DNA of 32,786 bases, from positions 1-32,786 of the IMG/VR virus record IMGVR_UViG_3300039076_000025; one strand, given 5' to 3'. The stretch's first letter is position 1, and every line of letters starts with the position of its first letter. The notes under the pieces were generated by a model. That model was not told the origin of the DNA. It did not search any database and saw only the letters and a program-made list of their open reading frames with translations. The translations under genes were made by a program, and so were the position numbers. Below, in pieces: positions 17,138 to 26,713 of the stretch. Source of the stretch: a virus (taxonomy: Duplodnaviria > Caudoviricetes).

Positions 17138-17407
17138 TTAGTCTTTTATAAATATCTCTAATAACTGTGCTTTTGCTAACACGGTAAACGACTCTGAATC
17201 TTTTACAAATCCTTTTAAAGTTTCTTGGTCTGACTTGTCTAAATCTAAGACCTCGCCTTTAAATAACTTCTTTGCCCAATCCCAAAATTTAAGTGCATCT
17301 CCTTTAGATGCGGAGGCTAATGCGCCAGCCAACATTTTACCAGCGTTACCGCCCTCAAATACTTGGTCATCAAGACCAATAAAGTCAAAGTTAAAATCTA
17401 ATTTCAT
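17138..17407 (-). CDS. Hypothetical protein
   Basis: 89 aa, preceded by the late motif. Confidence 0.6.
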   Translation of the reverse strand: MKLDFNFDFIGLDDQVFEGGNAGKMLAGALASASKGDALKFWDWAKKLFKGEVLDLDKSDQETLKGFVKDSESFTVLAKAQLLEIFIKD

Positions 17408-17432
17408 TTGGTTGTTTGTTTAGTTTACAATC

Positions 17433-17456
17433 ATAAATAGCTATTATACAAAATTT
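17433..17456 (-). promoter_or_regulatory. Putative late promoter motif
   Basis: Minus strand AAATTTTGTATAATAGCTATTTAT. Confidence 0.55.
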
Positions 17457-19591
17457 TACCAAAATGAATAAGTGCCATTTGAATTAACAACTATTTCAAA
17501 TGTTGTATTTCTATATTTAGGTTCATTATTTGCTCGATTAATTGTAATGCCATCATAGGGATTATAATCTCCGCTTTTTGATACTATTAAATTTCCTTGA
17601 TAATAAATTCTATAATAAATTCTTATGCCAAAATTGGTAGCATCTTGATAAGGGTAAGAAGTATTTAATGCACCATTTGTTGTATCTCTTGGCGGATTGA
17701 CTACATAAATTTCTTGAGTTGCAAAGAATTGTTGATTAATAAATCCGATTGAATACTGCTGGCTATAATTAGCCTGGTTATTTACTGAGAATGAATATGT
17801 CAATCCATTAACATCATTAGGAATACGATTATTAGTCGTTTGAAATATTGGTAAAAACGTATAATTATTAGACCAAATTGTCGTTATGTTTCCTGATTCA
17901 ACTAAGTTATTATTTACATAATTTTTATTTAACGTAACTCGCTTTCTTGGTACGGTAATGTTAAGTGCATCAATAACTAAATTATCTTCAGGTCTTAAAT
18001 TTTCATCTTGGCTTACCGTTGACATACGATAATAAGTAATTGGTAAACTAAAGAATATATAAAATCCATATTGCCCAACGGGAACGGTCACATTATCCTT
18101 TTGAGTAAAGACAACAATATTAAATGCCGACCCTTGAGAAAATGTAAAGTAGTCAGTATTAAAATTAACTTGTACATCATCAACTACTCTAAAAGGAACT
18201 GGCAGTTCAAACTCAATTTTAACCTTTGAATTATTTGTACTTGGAAAACTATTGATTGTTAAAACATTTCCATTATAAATTAAATCCGTTGGCGCTGCAT
18301 TATTATTTAAATTATTGCCATTAGAATAAGTTTGGTTATCTATTACTCTTGTAAATGAAAAACTTGGATTGGCAAAAACAAAAGTTGATACCGTATTACT
18401 TGTCGCATTATTATTTAAAATACTGCCACCAAAAGCCGAAGCAAAGTTTGTATAATTGCCAACCGTAATTCCTCTAACTAAGAATTTAAAAGAAGCAAAG
18501 TATCCAGCTGGTAAGGAAGCGTTAGTTGTAAAAGTTACTGACCTACCATAAATATTTAAATCAAAAATATCAGGCTTAGTAATTAAACTCACATATTCAA
18601 AGCCACTTGCTAAGTCATCAAACATTGTAATTTGCCCCGAAGTCGCAGCGCCTAAAGTTCGCATTACAATTTCAATCTCTCCTGAAGTATTTATATTAAA
18701 AGAGCCAGGCATTGTCTTTGATAATGTCATTTGTGGATAACCATATTGACAAGTTCCCGAACTATTTGCTGCCGCTTGCCCATTATCATCAAACCATTGA
18801 TTGCATAAAGCCGTTGCGTTATTGTTTGCGTTTGTATCCGCATCAGGTTGGCTTATTGTACTTGTGTAAGTAGCCGTAAAGAATGGAGAATAAACCTCTT
18901 GAAATGAGCCTATCCCGTAAGCATCACAATTATTTTTTTGGATTGTACGAACTAATCGTTTAGTTACCGAACTTGTAAAGGTTGGAACTCCACCGACTCC
19001 CGTATTGACAATATTTGAAGTCTTAGTTATTGTTTCGCCTCCACCTTCAACACTTGCAAAATTTGAGTAAGTTCCTTGAGTATTGGTAGTAACGTAAATC
19101 GTTATTACTGCCCCAAATCCTACGGGTAAAGTAGATGAAAAGTTTGCCGTTACTTGTTGCCCTGATATGCTAAATCCCCAAGCGGCAGTATCACTTTCAT
19201 ATCTTACAAAAGATAATCCATTTGGAATGTAATCCCGAACTATTATGTCTCCTGAGGAATTGACTTGACCATTGTTTGCAATCGTTAATCGATAAGCAAA
19301 TTCAACTCCTGAGTTTACACTTGTAGGCGCAGTCTTTGAAATAGTTATGTAAGGCGCTGGTACATTACACCTTTGGCAGTAAAGATACCATTCAGTTGGG
19401 AATACCGTTGGAAGATTGCCGTCAGGTCTTGGAGTATAATATTGATTTAATGGAATAGTTTGACCGCTTGAGTTTTGGAGTTGTCCAAGTTCAGCAACGG
19501 AAATAGATATAGTAGGATTAACCAACGATTCGCCAGTAATCTCATTATAGACCTGAGTAAAGGTCATCTCTCCATCTGCTTGTAATGGCAT
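17456..19591 (-). CDS. Adhesin/receptor-binding protein with two DUF11 Ig-like domains and a DUF5977-like domain
   Basis: ITISKTAPTSVNSG..FAYRLTIANNG...IIVRDYIPNGLSFV; second copy MTLSKT...FDDLASGFEYV; QKNNC...YTSTISQ.DAD..A...NGQAAAN..GTC. Confidence 0.7.
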   Translation of the reverse strand: MPLQADGEMTFTQVYNEITGESLVNPTISISVAELGQLQNSSGQTIPLNQYYTPRPDGNLPTVFPTEWYLYCQRCNVPAPYITISKTAPTSVNSGVEFAYRLTIANNGQVNSSGDIIVRDYIPNGLSFVRYESDTAAWGFSISGQQVTANFSSTLPVGFGAVITIYVTTNTQGTYSNFASVEGGGETITKTSNIVNTGVGGVPTFTSSVTKRLVRTIQKNNCDAYGIGSFQEVYSPFFTATYTSTISQPDADTNANNNATALCNQWFDDNGQAAANSSGTCQYGYPQMTLSKTMPGSFNINTSGEIEIVMRTLGAATSGQITMFDDLASGFEYVSLITKPDIFDLNIYGRSVTFTTNASLPAGYFASFKFLVRGITVGNYTNFASAFGGSILNNNATSNTVSTFVFANPSFSFTRVIDNQTYSNGNNLNNNAAPTDLIYNGNVLTINSFPSTNNSKVKIEFELPVPFRVVDDVQVNFNTDYFTFSQGSAFNIVVFTQKDNVTVPVGQYGFYIFFSLPITYYRMSTVSQDENLRPEDNLVIDALNITVPRKRVTLNKNYVNNNLVESGNITTIWSNNYTFLPIFQTTNNRIPNDVNGLTYSFSVNNQANYSQQYSIGFINQQFFATQEIYVVNPPRDTTNGALNTSYPYQDATNFGIRIYYRIYYQGNLIVSKSGDYNPYDGITINRANNEPKYRNTTFEIVVNSNGTYSFW

Positions 19592-22500
19592 TACTTAGAA
19601 GCTAAAATATCCCTTAATTCTTCTAATTCTTTCTTTTGTTCTTTTACTGCCTCAATTAATACGGGAATAATTTGATTGTAAGAAACTCCTTTAATTCCAT
19701 CGTTACCAGTACTAACGGCATACGGAAGTATTTTTTCAACCTCTTGCGCAATTACTCCATATTGGTGCGAATCATCTTCTTTCCATTGATAAGCATAACC
19801 GTTTAATTGCATTAATTTATCAGTTGGATTATCAATAATTGTAAGGTTTTTCTTGAGAGTTAAATCAGAATTTGCAGTAATGTTTCCCGTAGCGTAAATA
19901 GTACCAGCAACATAAAGTTTATAACCATTATCAGTAGTATTATTTATTCCTACATTACCTGACCCAAATAAATATAAACTCGTAACGGTATTAGCGGTAT
20001 AAAATCCTAACTCATTAGTAGAAGATATATATGGATTCCCACTTGTTGTGCTTAATTTAATCCATCCATCGGTTGAATTACCTTTTACTTCCAATTTTGC
20101 GCCTGGAGTAGAAGTATTAATTCCAACTTTTCCATCAGAAGAAATACGCATACGTTCTGTAGTATTACTTGCAAAAGCTAAGTAACTATTTATTGCGTGA
20201 TTTTCTAAGCCTGCTTCAATAAAAGCAGAATTTACTGATGTGCTACTTGCATTTATGGTTTGGAAAAATAATCTACCTGCACTTGTATTAGAAACATTTG
20301 TACATCTTATTGTTAATATATTTACGGCATTTTGTGCAACAATTAAATTACTACCAACCGCAACATCCGTTGTACCAATTGCTACGTTGCCCGTACTAAA
20401 TAAAGACATAACAGTTGTATCTGGTGTATTTGTGCCACCATTAGTTAGTCTAATATCAAGTTGAGTATTTGAATTTAATGCTGCTGCATAAGTACCTATA
20501 TTAAAGTCAACTGCTTGATTATATTTTGCACCGCTTGTTCCTGCTCTAACTAAACGTAAAACCGCCTCAGTACCTACTGTTGCTCCACCTGCTTGTGTAG
20601 GGGAAATAATATTTACAATAGTATTAGCTACACTTCCTGCTGCTACACCACCAAGAGAAAAATCTCCAAATGTTGACCCTCCTTGTACGGCTAATTTTGT
20701 AGAACCATGATTTGTTGTTGTTCCGATTAAAGTATTTCCTGCTAAATAATTATTAGCAGTACCACCCATATAAAGATTCCACCTTCCAGTACCAGTTGCT
20801 ATATCTCCAAAGAAACCATAAGTATTTGTAGCATTAGCATTTGACAAGCTACTGGTAGCCCAATATCCATAATGGTTTGTTATTGCGGAACCTGCCCCTA
20901 ATGTTCCAAATCCAGCTCCAAAATGATATAAAGTTGTTAATGTAAAAGAAGATGCTGGTGTAGATATATTACTTCTAAAGGATGCTACATTTGATACGTT
21001 GGTACTTTGTAAAGTATATTGACTTAAAAATTGGTCTACATTATTATTTGATGAAGAATATGCACCATAGAAACCTACTGCTGAAGATATAGTGCCACCA
21101 TTCCCCATATATGTGCCAACAGTAAATTGTGTTTGCACCCTCGCAGTACCGTTGACATCTAATTTAAATCCTGAGTCGGTGGTTGTTCCGATTAAAGTAT
21201 TTCCCGATATTGTTAATCCATTCGCAGGAGCAGCAGTACTTGCACTATAACCTATGGCTGCATTTCCATTTACTTGTATTTGACTACCAATTGTAAGTGT
21301 ATTGATTCCCGTATTTCCCGATGAATTAACTATCAATTTAGCACCCGTATAATTATTAGGGTCACCTGACATACTACCACCTATACCAACTGTACCATCA
21401 ATATTCATTTTAAATGGAACTAAACCAAAGCCTGTACCATTATTTACAACTGAACCAGCAGTGCTTGAATTTCCAAATCTAAATTGGCCTTCTCCTGTAA
21501 AAAATAAAAATTGCCCTGTATATCCTACCGCCCTTCTTACAAAATTTGAACCATTCCAATAAATATTATCCCCAAACCAACAATTATTTACTGCATAGCC
21601 TTGTATTTCTAATGAACCCGTTTTAATAGATGAATTTGTAGTTGAACTTAAAACTTCTAATTTAACCAATGGATTTGTTAAACCAATCCCAACATTTGTG
21701 CCATCATCATAAATTAAACTATTACCTATTGCACTTGAAGAAATCCATTTTGCATGATAATTAGTAGTTCCAGTACCCGTTACTGGATTAGTTAAAACTG
21801 CTTGATATTGAGGAACATTTAAAACTCCCGTTGTAGAATTATAAGTACTTGCTCCCGAAGTTCCCGTTGTTGTAAGGCTTATCGATGCTCTTGCTAACGC
21901 ATCAGTGTACTGAGTAATAGATGAACTTATAACTCCCGTAGAACTATTGTATGAAACGCTTCCGCTTCCACTAAATAATGCTCTTACACTTGCATCAGTA
22001 TAAACCGTACCTGAGTAACTAATCGCACCCGTAGTATTATTATAAGTAATCCCCGTGCCTCCACTTAATGAAGTCAAAGAAATACCACCTAATCCAGCAA
22101 GAGTGTAATTAGGTACGTTTATTACTCCCGTTGTATTATTGTAGGTAGATGCGCCACTCGTTCCCGTAGTTGTCATTGAAATTAATGCCCTAACCGAAGC
22201 ATCCGTATAAACCGTGCCACTATAAGAAATTGCACCCGTAGAACTATTGTAAGTTATTCCCGTGCCTCCGCTAAACAAAGCACGAATCGAAGCATCGGTA
22301 TAAACCGTCCCCGAATACGAAATAACCCCCGTCGCTGAATTATAAGAAATGCCCGAAGTTCCCGATAAGAAAGTTGCACTAATTCCACCAAGACCAGCAA
22401 GCGTGTAAGTAGGCACATTTAAGACACCCGTTCCACTTGAGTAAGTAGATGCGCCTGAGTTACCCGTTACCGTTAAGCTAATAGCACCTCTCGCCCTTGC

Positions 22501-22731
22501 ATCCGTAAAGTACTTATTTGTTGGAGTTGCAAGTTCTTGAATGTCATCCGTATCTAAGACAACCGTTCCAACTAATCCGTTAACCGAAATTACTGCTCCA
22601 CCAATTGCAGCTTGTAACTCAGCAATAGTCTTCTTAAATAGTTGCCCCGTAGTTGCATCGCCAATACCAAAAATATCGGTGCTTAAAATTGCAGTCTTAC
22701 TGACTAATTGATTTATTTTCTTATTTGCCAT
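19591..22731 (-). CDS. Tail fibre with C-terminal peptidase S74 intramolecular chaperone
   Basis: GN(V/T)GI(G/N)T repeats; SDLTLKKNL...L.QLNG..YQWK...GVIAQEVE..LP.AV...VSYNQIIPVLIEAVKE. Confidence 0.9.
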   Translation of the reverse strand: MANKKINQLVSKTAILSTDIFGIGDATTGQLFKKTIAELQAAIGGAVISVNGLVGTVVLDTDDIQELATPTNKYFTDARARGAISLTVTGNSGASTYSSGTGVLNVPTYTLAGLGGISATFLSGTSGISYNSATGVISYSGTVYTDASIRALFSGGTGITYNSSTGAISYSGTVYTDASVRALISMTTTGTSGASTYNNTTGVINVPNYTLAGLGGISLTSLSGGTGITYNNTTGAISYSGTVYTDASVRALFSGSGSVSYNSSTGVISSSITQYTDALARASISLTTTGTSGASTYNSTTGVLNVPQYQAVLTNPVTGTGTTNYHAKWISSSAIGNSLIYDDGTNVGIGLTNPLVKLEVLSSTTNSSIKTGSLEIQGYAVNNCWFGDNIYWNGSNFVRRAVGYTGQFLFFTGEGQFRFGNSSTAGSVVNNGTGFGLVPFKMNIDGTVGIGGSMSGDPNNYTGAKLIVNSSGNTGINTLTIGSQIQVNGNAAIGYSASTAAPANGLTISGNTLIGTTTDSGFKLDVNGTARVQTQFTVGTYMGNGGTISSAVGFYGAYSSSNNNVDQFLSQYTLQSTNVSNVASFRSNISTPASSFTLTTLYHFGAGFGTLGAGSAITNHYGYWATSSLSNANATNTYGFFGDIATGTGRWNLYMGGTANNYLAGNTLIGTTTNHGSTKLAVQGGSTFGDFSLGGVAAGSVANTIVNIISPTQAGGATVGTEAVLRLVRAGTSGAKYNQAVDFNIGTYAAALNSNTQLDIRLTNGGTNTPDTTVMSLFSTGNVAIGTTDVAVGSNLIVAQNAVNILTIRCTNVSNTSAGRLFFQTINASSTSVNSAFIEAGLENHAINSYLAFASNTTERMRISSDGKVGINTSTPGAKLEVKGNSTDGWIKLSTTSGNPYISSTNELGFYTANTVTSLYLFGSGNVGINNTTDNGYKLYVAGTIYATGNITANSDLTLKKNLTIIDNPTDKLMQLNGYAYQWKEDDSHQYGVIAQEVEKILPYAVSTGNDGIKGVSYNQIIPVLIEAVKEQKKELEELRDILASK
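21810..22512 (-). repeat. Degenerate coding tandem repeats in the fibre shaft
   Basis: Repeated YTDASVRAL.SG..GI(S/T)YN..TG.ISYSGTV and ISLTTTGTSGASTYN..TGV.NVP.Y units. Confidence 0.85.
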
Positions 22732-22734
22732 TTC

Positions 22735-23193
22735 TTAACTTGGATATGTAAAGTCGGTTGGTATTTGACACCTATTTGAAAGCATCGGATAAATGATTGA
22801 TATATCAGCCTTAACTCCAGCCAAATAATCTTTCTCGTTTTCAGTAAAAAATTCTAAGGTAATCCCTTCGCCTACCTCCCAATCAAATTTTGGATGCTTG
22901 CACATCGAAATAATATCTTGGCAGATAAGTAATTGGTCAGACAAAACCTCCGTTTCATTAGTTTCATCTTGCAGTTGCCTATCAAGAAAGAATAAACTAA
23001 ATGACATAGTCAATTCTTTGCCGTTTATTTGGCTTCCAGTCAACGAATAAAACATTGAAGGATAAACATTATCAGTTTGAGAAAGAAACTCCCATACATC
23101 GCCAAAATAGACCGTGTTAATTTGGTCGTGGCTTTGGGCAATATCCCTTATCAGCTTGATTGTTTGATTTAATGTCAGTTGTTTTATTGCCAT
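22735..23193 (-). CDS. Putative tail terminator protein
   Basis: YPSMF, acidic EVLSDQLLICQDII and F.E...DYLAG motifs. Confidence 0.55.
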   Translation of the reverse strand: MAIKQLTLNQTIKLIRDIAQSHDQINTVYFGDVWEFLSQTDNVYPSMFYSLTGSQINGKELTMSFSLFFLDRQLQDETNETEVLSDQLLICQDIISMCKHPKFDWEVGEGITLEFFTENEKDYLAGVKADISIIYPMLSNRCQIPTDFTYPS

Positions 23194-23251
23194 TTGTTGT
23201 TAAATAAACAATTAGTTTGTTTATGTTTTTGGTTGAGAATGCTTTTGGCAT
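23117..23251 (-). CDS. Possible 44-aa small ORF
   Basis: MPKAFSTKNINKLIVYLTTNG...; starts 1 nt after the upstream stop. Confidence 0.35.
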   Translation of the reverse strand: MPKAFSTKNINKLIVYLTTNGNKTTDIKSNNQADKGYCPKPRPN

Positions 23252-23252
23252 A

Positions 23253-23837
23253 TTAATAATTATAATTTTTTTTGCTCTTTAAAACGTGTTGAGGATAACT
23301 CATTCCAAATAAACTATTCTCATCGCCTAAAAATATGCTTGATTGATAACCATCTTTCTCAGGATACATCGTATCGATGCCCGTGCCAGGATTGATATAT
23401 TCAGGGAATAAGTTTGTCGTGCTTACCTCTTGCAAATACTTAATCATTCTTTGCTTGTAAAACTCCGCTCTTGAACGATAACGATTTGCAACATCAATTA
23501 AATCTTGCATATTAGGCTGGTCGCTATTATCTGAAGTTTTACGAATCAATCCTTTGTTGTAGAATTGAAACGATAAGCCAACTGGTAACTCAGATAAAAC
23601 GTAATAAACAAGCGCATCGGTCACATAGTCATTCAATAAAGACGTTTCTAAATTACTTAACGTAGCATTTTCAATACCCGTTTGAAGTTTAATGTATAAA
23701 GCCGTTCCTAAAGCTGGCAAGATATACATATCCTGAGCCGTTTTTATTTCGGGCATTATTAACTTGTCATCAATATTAGAATGAACTGCCGTTCTTTCCT
23801 TGATTGCGTTTGCTCCTATAAATAATGTATTCTTCAT
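23253..23837 (-). CDS. Putative head-tail adaptor
   Basis: IKTAQDMYILPALGTALY...FYKQRMIKYL...FPEY; follows the portal. Confidence 0.6.
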   Translation of the reverse strand: MKNTLFIGANAIKERTAVHSNIDDKLIMPEIKTAQDMYILPALGTALYIKLQTGIENATLSNLETSLLNDYVTDALVYYVLSELPVGLSFQFYNKGLIRKTSDNSDQPNMQDLIDVANRYRSRAEFYKQRMIKYLQEVSTTNLFPEYINPGTGIDTMYPEKDGYQSSIFLGDENSLFGMSYPQHVLKSKKNYNY

Positions 23838-23838
23838 A

Positions 23839-25692
23839 TTATCCTTTCTTAATTACCGTTTGAGCAAACCAACGATGTCTGCAACTTGGCGAAGCTTGAC
23901 CGTTTGGTTTTGTCCACCAACCACCTCGCCTATCAAATACCGAATAGCCTAATCTTGCTGATATGGATTCAATTTCTGCTCTTGAATATAACCTATCTAA
24001 CTGCATTAATCTTGCGCAGAATGCACGGCTTGGATGGTCTGCTGAATTTCTTTCGTTACCTGGTATATCTGACCTCCATTCGTATGAATACCTAACCATA
24101 AAACTTGTGGTAGATGGCTTCGGTGCATTCAATTCCGATAATGGCTTTGATAGTTTTCTTTCGGTTATTCCCCTTGAAACCGAAGTACCTAAAATACCTC
24201 GTTTTTCTAACCCCTCCAAAACACGATTAATAATAACAATGTCAACACCAATAGTTCCAGCAATAACTTCAGCCGTTACTCGCTTATCCTTTTGAATTAA
24301 GTCCAATACGTTAGACTCTAATCCGCTCAATGCTTGCTCGGCAAATTCTAAATGCAAAGCCTCCTCTAATTCATTTGGCACTTGGCTAAATACCTCTCTT
24401 GATTTAAAGATTGAATAGTCTTCTTTTGAAACACCAAACTCTTCGAATACTTTTACAACATCATCCTCGCTAAATTGTACTTTTGATTGTTGTATTTCTA
24501 CGGGTGCTATCTCAGGTGCTACTTCAGGTTGTTGATATTGAGTCATATCAATCCCTAACTTTTCAAGAATCCATTGTTTAGGTGCAACTTGTAAAATTAT
24601 TGCTTCGCTAAAATCTATGCCAATCGGCTCGCAAGGTATTATTTGAAGTTCACTATTACATCCGTGTAATTTGGCAAGTAAACTGAATACTTGCTCAAGA
24701 AATATTTGCTTATCATTAACGTAAGTATTTTTAAAAATCTCATAAGAATCTCGCATTTGTTGGCGAGTTCCTAATTGACCTGGAGTACTAATTCCAAATA
24801 AATCGGGAGCAGTAATTTGATGCCCAGCAAAGATGTTCTGCTGAATCATTTTATCTACATTACCAAAATCTTCTTTAGTAATATCACTTGCCCCTAAATC
24901 CTCAATGACTGGCTTTCTTGAAGCATCGTTTACAAATGAAAGAATAAACTTCTTGCCATCACTACCCGTAAACCTATCAGTAAACTTGCGTTCAATTTGG
25001 CGCTTCTCATCATCCGATGGCTCGCCATTTGGTAAGGTAATTAATTTGCTTGCACTAAATCCCGTTTGGGCATTACCTAAAACGTGCTTAGATATTTCAA
25101 TATCTGATTCAACGTAATTTAAAGCACCGAAATAACCTGGTAATGCGTAAGCATTTAAGTTAGGTCGATACTCCTTTAAATACATTATCTGAGTGCCTTG
25201 TCTTAACTGAGAATTAAATCCATTGTAAACCTCCCTTTTGTACTTCCTATCTTCCCAATTCTCCGAATACCAAAACTGAGTATTATCAGCATTGGTTCTA
25301 ATCTTAGTATAATCAACGTGATACACCTCAGCAAGATTCTCGCCCGTTACACTCCATATAATTTGTAAGTAAGCGCCTCCAAATAATTCAATATCAATAG
25401 AAGCCTTTCTTAATACTTCGGTCAACGACTCCACTCGGTTAGCTTGTGCGATGAATTGTTCACCAATAGGGTCTACCCCCTGTTTGATTTTGAAGCCATT
25501 CCCAGTTATGTAGTTGACCTTACCTTTAATTATCGCATTATGCTTGGCAGACTTATTAAATAAATCGACCAAATAGTTAGGATAATCATTCTTTTTTCCG
25601 AACTCAATGTAACCTTCTCCTTCGCCTTTCTTCTCCCGATATTCAGGTTGTCTTGCCTCCGCAAAAGTTAAAACCATTAATTGATTGCTCAT
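23839..25692 (-). CDS. Portal protein with C-terminal wHTH-like and MuF-like extensions
   Basis: FGKKNDYPNYL..LFNKSAKHNAII.GK...I.GNG, DIELFGGAY and IFAGHQITAPDLFGI motifs; C-terminal SRAFC...CRHRW. Confidence 0.85.
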   Translation of the reverse strand: MSNQLMVLTFAEARQPEYREKKGEGEGYIEFGKKNDYPNYLVDLFNKSAKHNAIIKGKVNYITGNGFKIKQGVDPIGEQFIAQANRVESLTEVLRKASIDIELFGGAYLQIIWSVTGENLAEVYHVDYTKIRTNADNTQFWYSENWEDRKYKREVYNGFNSQLRQGTQIMYLKEYRPNLNAYALPGYFGALNYVESDIEISKHVLGNAQTGFSASKLITLPNGEPSDDEKRQIERKFTDRFTGSDGKKFILSFVNDASRKPVIEDLGASDITKEDFGNVDKMIQQNIFAGHQITAPDLFGISTPGQLGTRQQMRDSYEIFKNTYVNDKQIFLEQVFSLLAKLHGCNSELQIIPCEPIGIDFSEAIILQVAPKQWILEKLGIDMTQYQQPEVAPEIAPVEIQQSKVQFSEDDVVKVFEEFGVSKEDYSIFKSREVFSQVPNELEEALHLEFAEQALSGLESNVLDLIQKDKRVTAEVIAGTIGVDIVIINRVLEGLEKRGILGTSVSRGITERKLSKPLSELNAPKPSTTSFMVRYSYEWRSDIPGNERNSADHPSRAFCARLMQLDRLYSRAEIESISARLGYSVFDRRGGWWTKPNGQASPSCRHRWFAQTVIKKG

Positions 25693-26075
25693 ATATCTCT
25701 TACTTTGTAAGTGTTTGTTTGGTTGCTATAAGTAGTAAAACTAAATTGACTTGTGTCGTTTAAACTTGCTTGCCCACTTTCAAGCAATGAAGTCGCTTGC
25801 GATGGGATTAAATTGGAAGTTGAAGTTTGCTCATAAATTTGATATGACCATTCGCCAGGTAATTTAGTTGCAAAATAAGAACTTACCGTAATATTAAAAG
25901 CATTGAATCTTTCAGGGTAAGTTGATAAATCAGCATTGTTTAAAATCACAAATGCCACCGTTTCATTTGTATTCCTTGACTTAAAATAGAATAAATAATT
26001 AGGCGATGTAAGAGTTGCCTTCTCGCTTAATGTTAATATTATTTTATTGACTTGACCTTTGATTAAATGTATCAT
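25689..26075 (-). CDS. Hypothetical structural protein
   Basis: Beta-rich, GEWSYQIYEQ...LLESG; likely start ATG at 26075. Confidence 0.6.
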   Translation of the reverse strand: MIHLIKGQVNKIILTLSEKATLTSPNYLFYFKSRNTNETVAFVILNNADLSTYPERFNAFNITVSSYFATKLPGEWSYQIYEQTSTSNLIPSQATSLLESGQASLNDTSQFSFTTYSNQTNTYKVRDI

Positions 26076-26080
26076 CAAAT

Positions 26081-26102
26081 ATAAATAGCATTAACAAAAT
26101 TT
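26081..26102 (-). promoter_or_regulatory. Putative late promoter motif
   Basis: Minus strand AAATTTTGTTAATGCTATTTAT, directly after a terminator. Confidence 0.6.
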
Positions 26103-26109
26103 CTTATAT

Positions 26110-26139
26110 AAAAAAAGGGGAAGCATCTGCTCCCCCCTT
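26110..26139 (-). terminator. Intrinsic terminator after the tail tube gene
   Basis: GGGGGGAGCAGAUGCUUCCCC followed by U7. Confidence 0.85.
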
Positions 26140-26162
26140 ACCCGTCAACCAAACGACTATCT

Positions 26163-26684
26163 TTAAGCGCCTGGAGTAGTCAATGCAGTAAATACACCAT
26201 CTGCAACCGTTGGCGCTAATTCCTTCTCTTGAGCAGAGAAAGTCAAAGTGTAACCTGAACGGTCTCCTTGAGCCGTACCCGTTGCACCATTGCCACCAGT
26301 TAGATTTGTACCTTGTACCCGACCTAACAACCAGGTTTTATCGTTATTGTCTTTTACAACACATAACAATGTATTTTGAGCCAACAAAAGAATTTCGTTT
26401 CTTGTTGACACTTGTAATTTGTTCAATACTATCGATAGTTCTTGAGCATAGAAAACCGTACCATTTTGCACATTAGCATTAATGTTTTCAGTCAAAGAAG
26501 CAGTACCTGGAACTAATTCATATTTATAGAATCTTTTACCAGCTACTTTAGTTATTGCAGATACCGAACCCGAAGCAACGGTAATAGCACTAACATTTCC
26601 TTTTTCAATAAAATACACTTCTGTAATCCCACCTAATGAGTCACGACAATCTAAAGAATATCCTTGAGTTAAAGCGCAAGCCAT
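26163..26684 (-). CDS. Major tail tube protein (putative)
   Basis: MAC.LT.G..LDC.DS.GGI..VYF...NGTVFY.QEL...GDRSGYTLTF..QE; follows the capsid gene. Confidence 0.7.
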   Translation of the reverse strand: MACALTQGYSLDCRDSLGGITEVYFIEKGNVSAITVASGSVSAITKVAGKRFYKYELVPGTASLTENINANVQNGTVFYAQELSIVLNKLQVSTRNEILLLAQNTLLCVVKDNNDKTWLLGRVQGTNLTGGNGATGTAQGDRSGYTLTFSAQEKELAPTVADGVFTALTTPGA

Positions 26685-26713
26685 AATTATTTTTCTTTAA
26701 AGTGTTAAAATTA

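Noticed and set aside
17456-22731. Diversity-generating retroelement or invertible fibre cassette
   Set aside because: No reverse transcriptase, invertase, adenine-variant TR/VR pair or inverted repeats found
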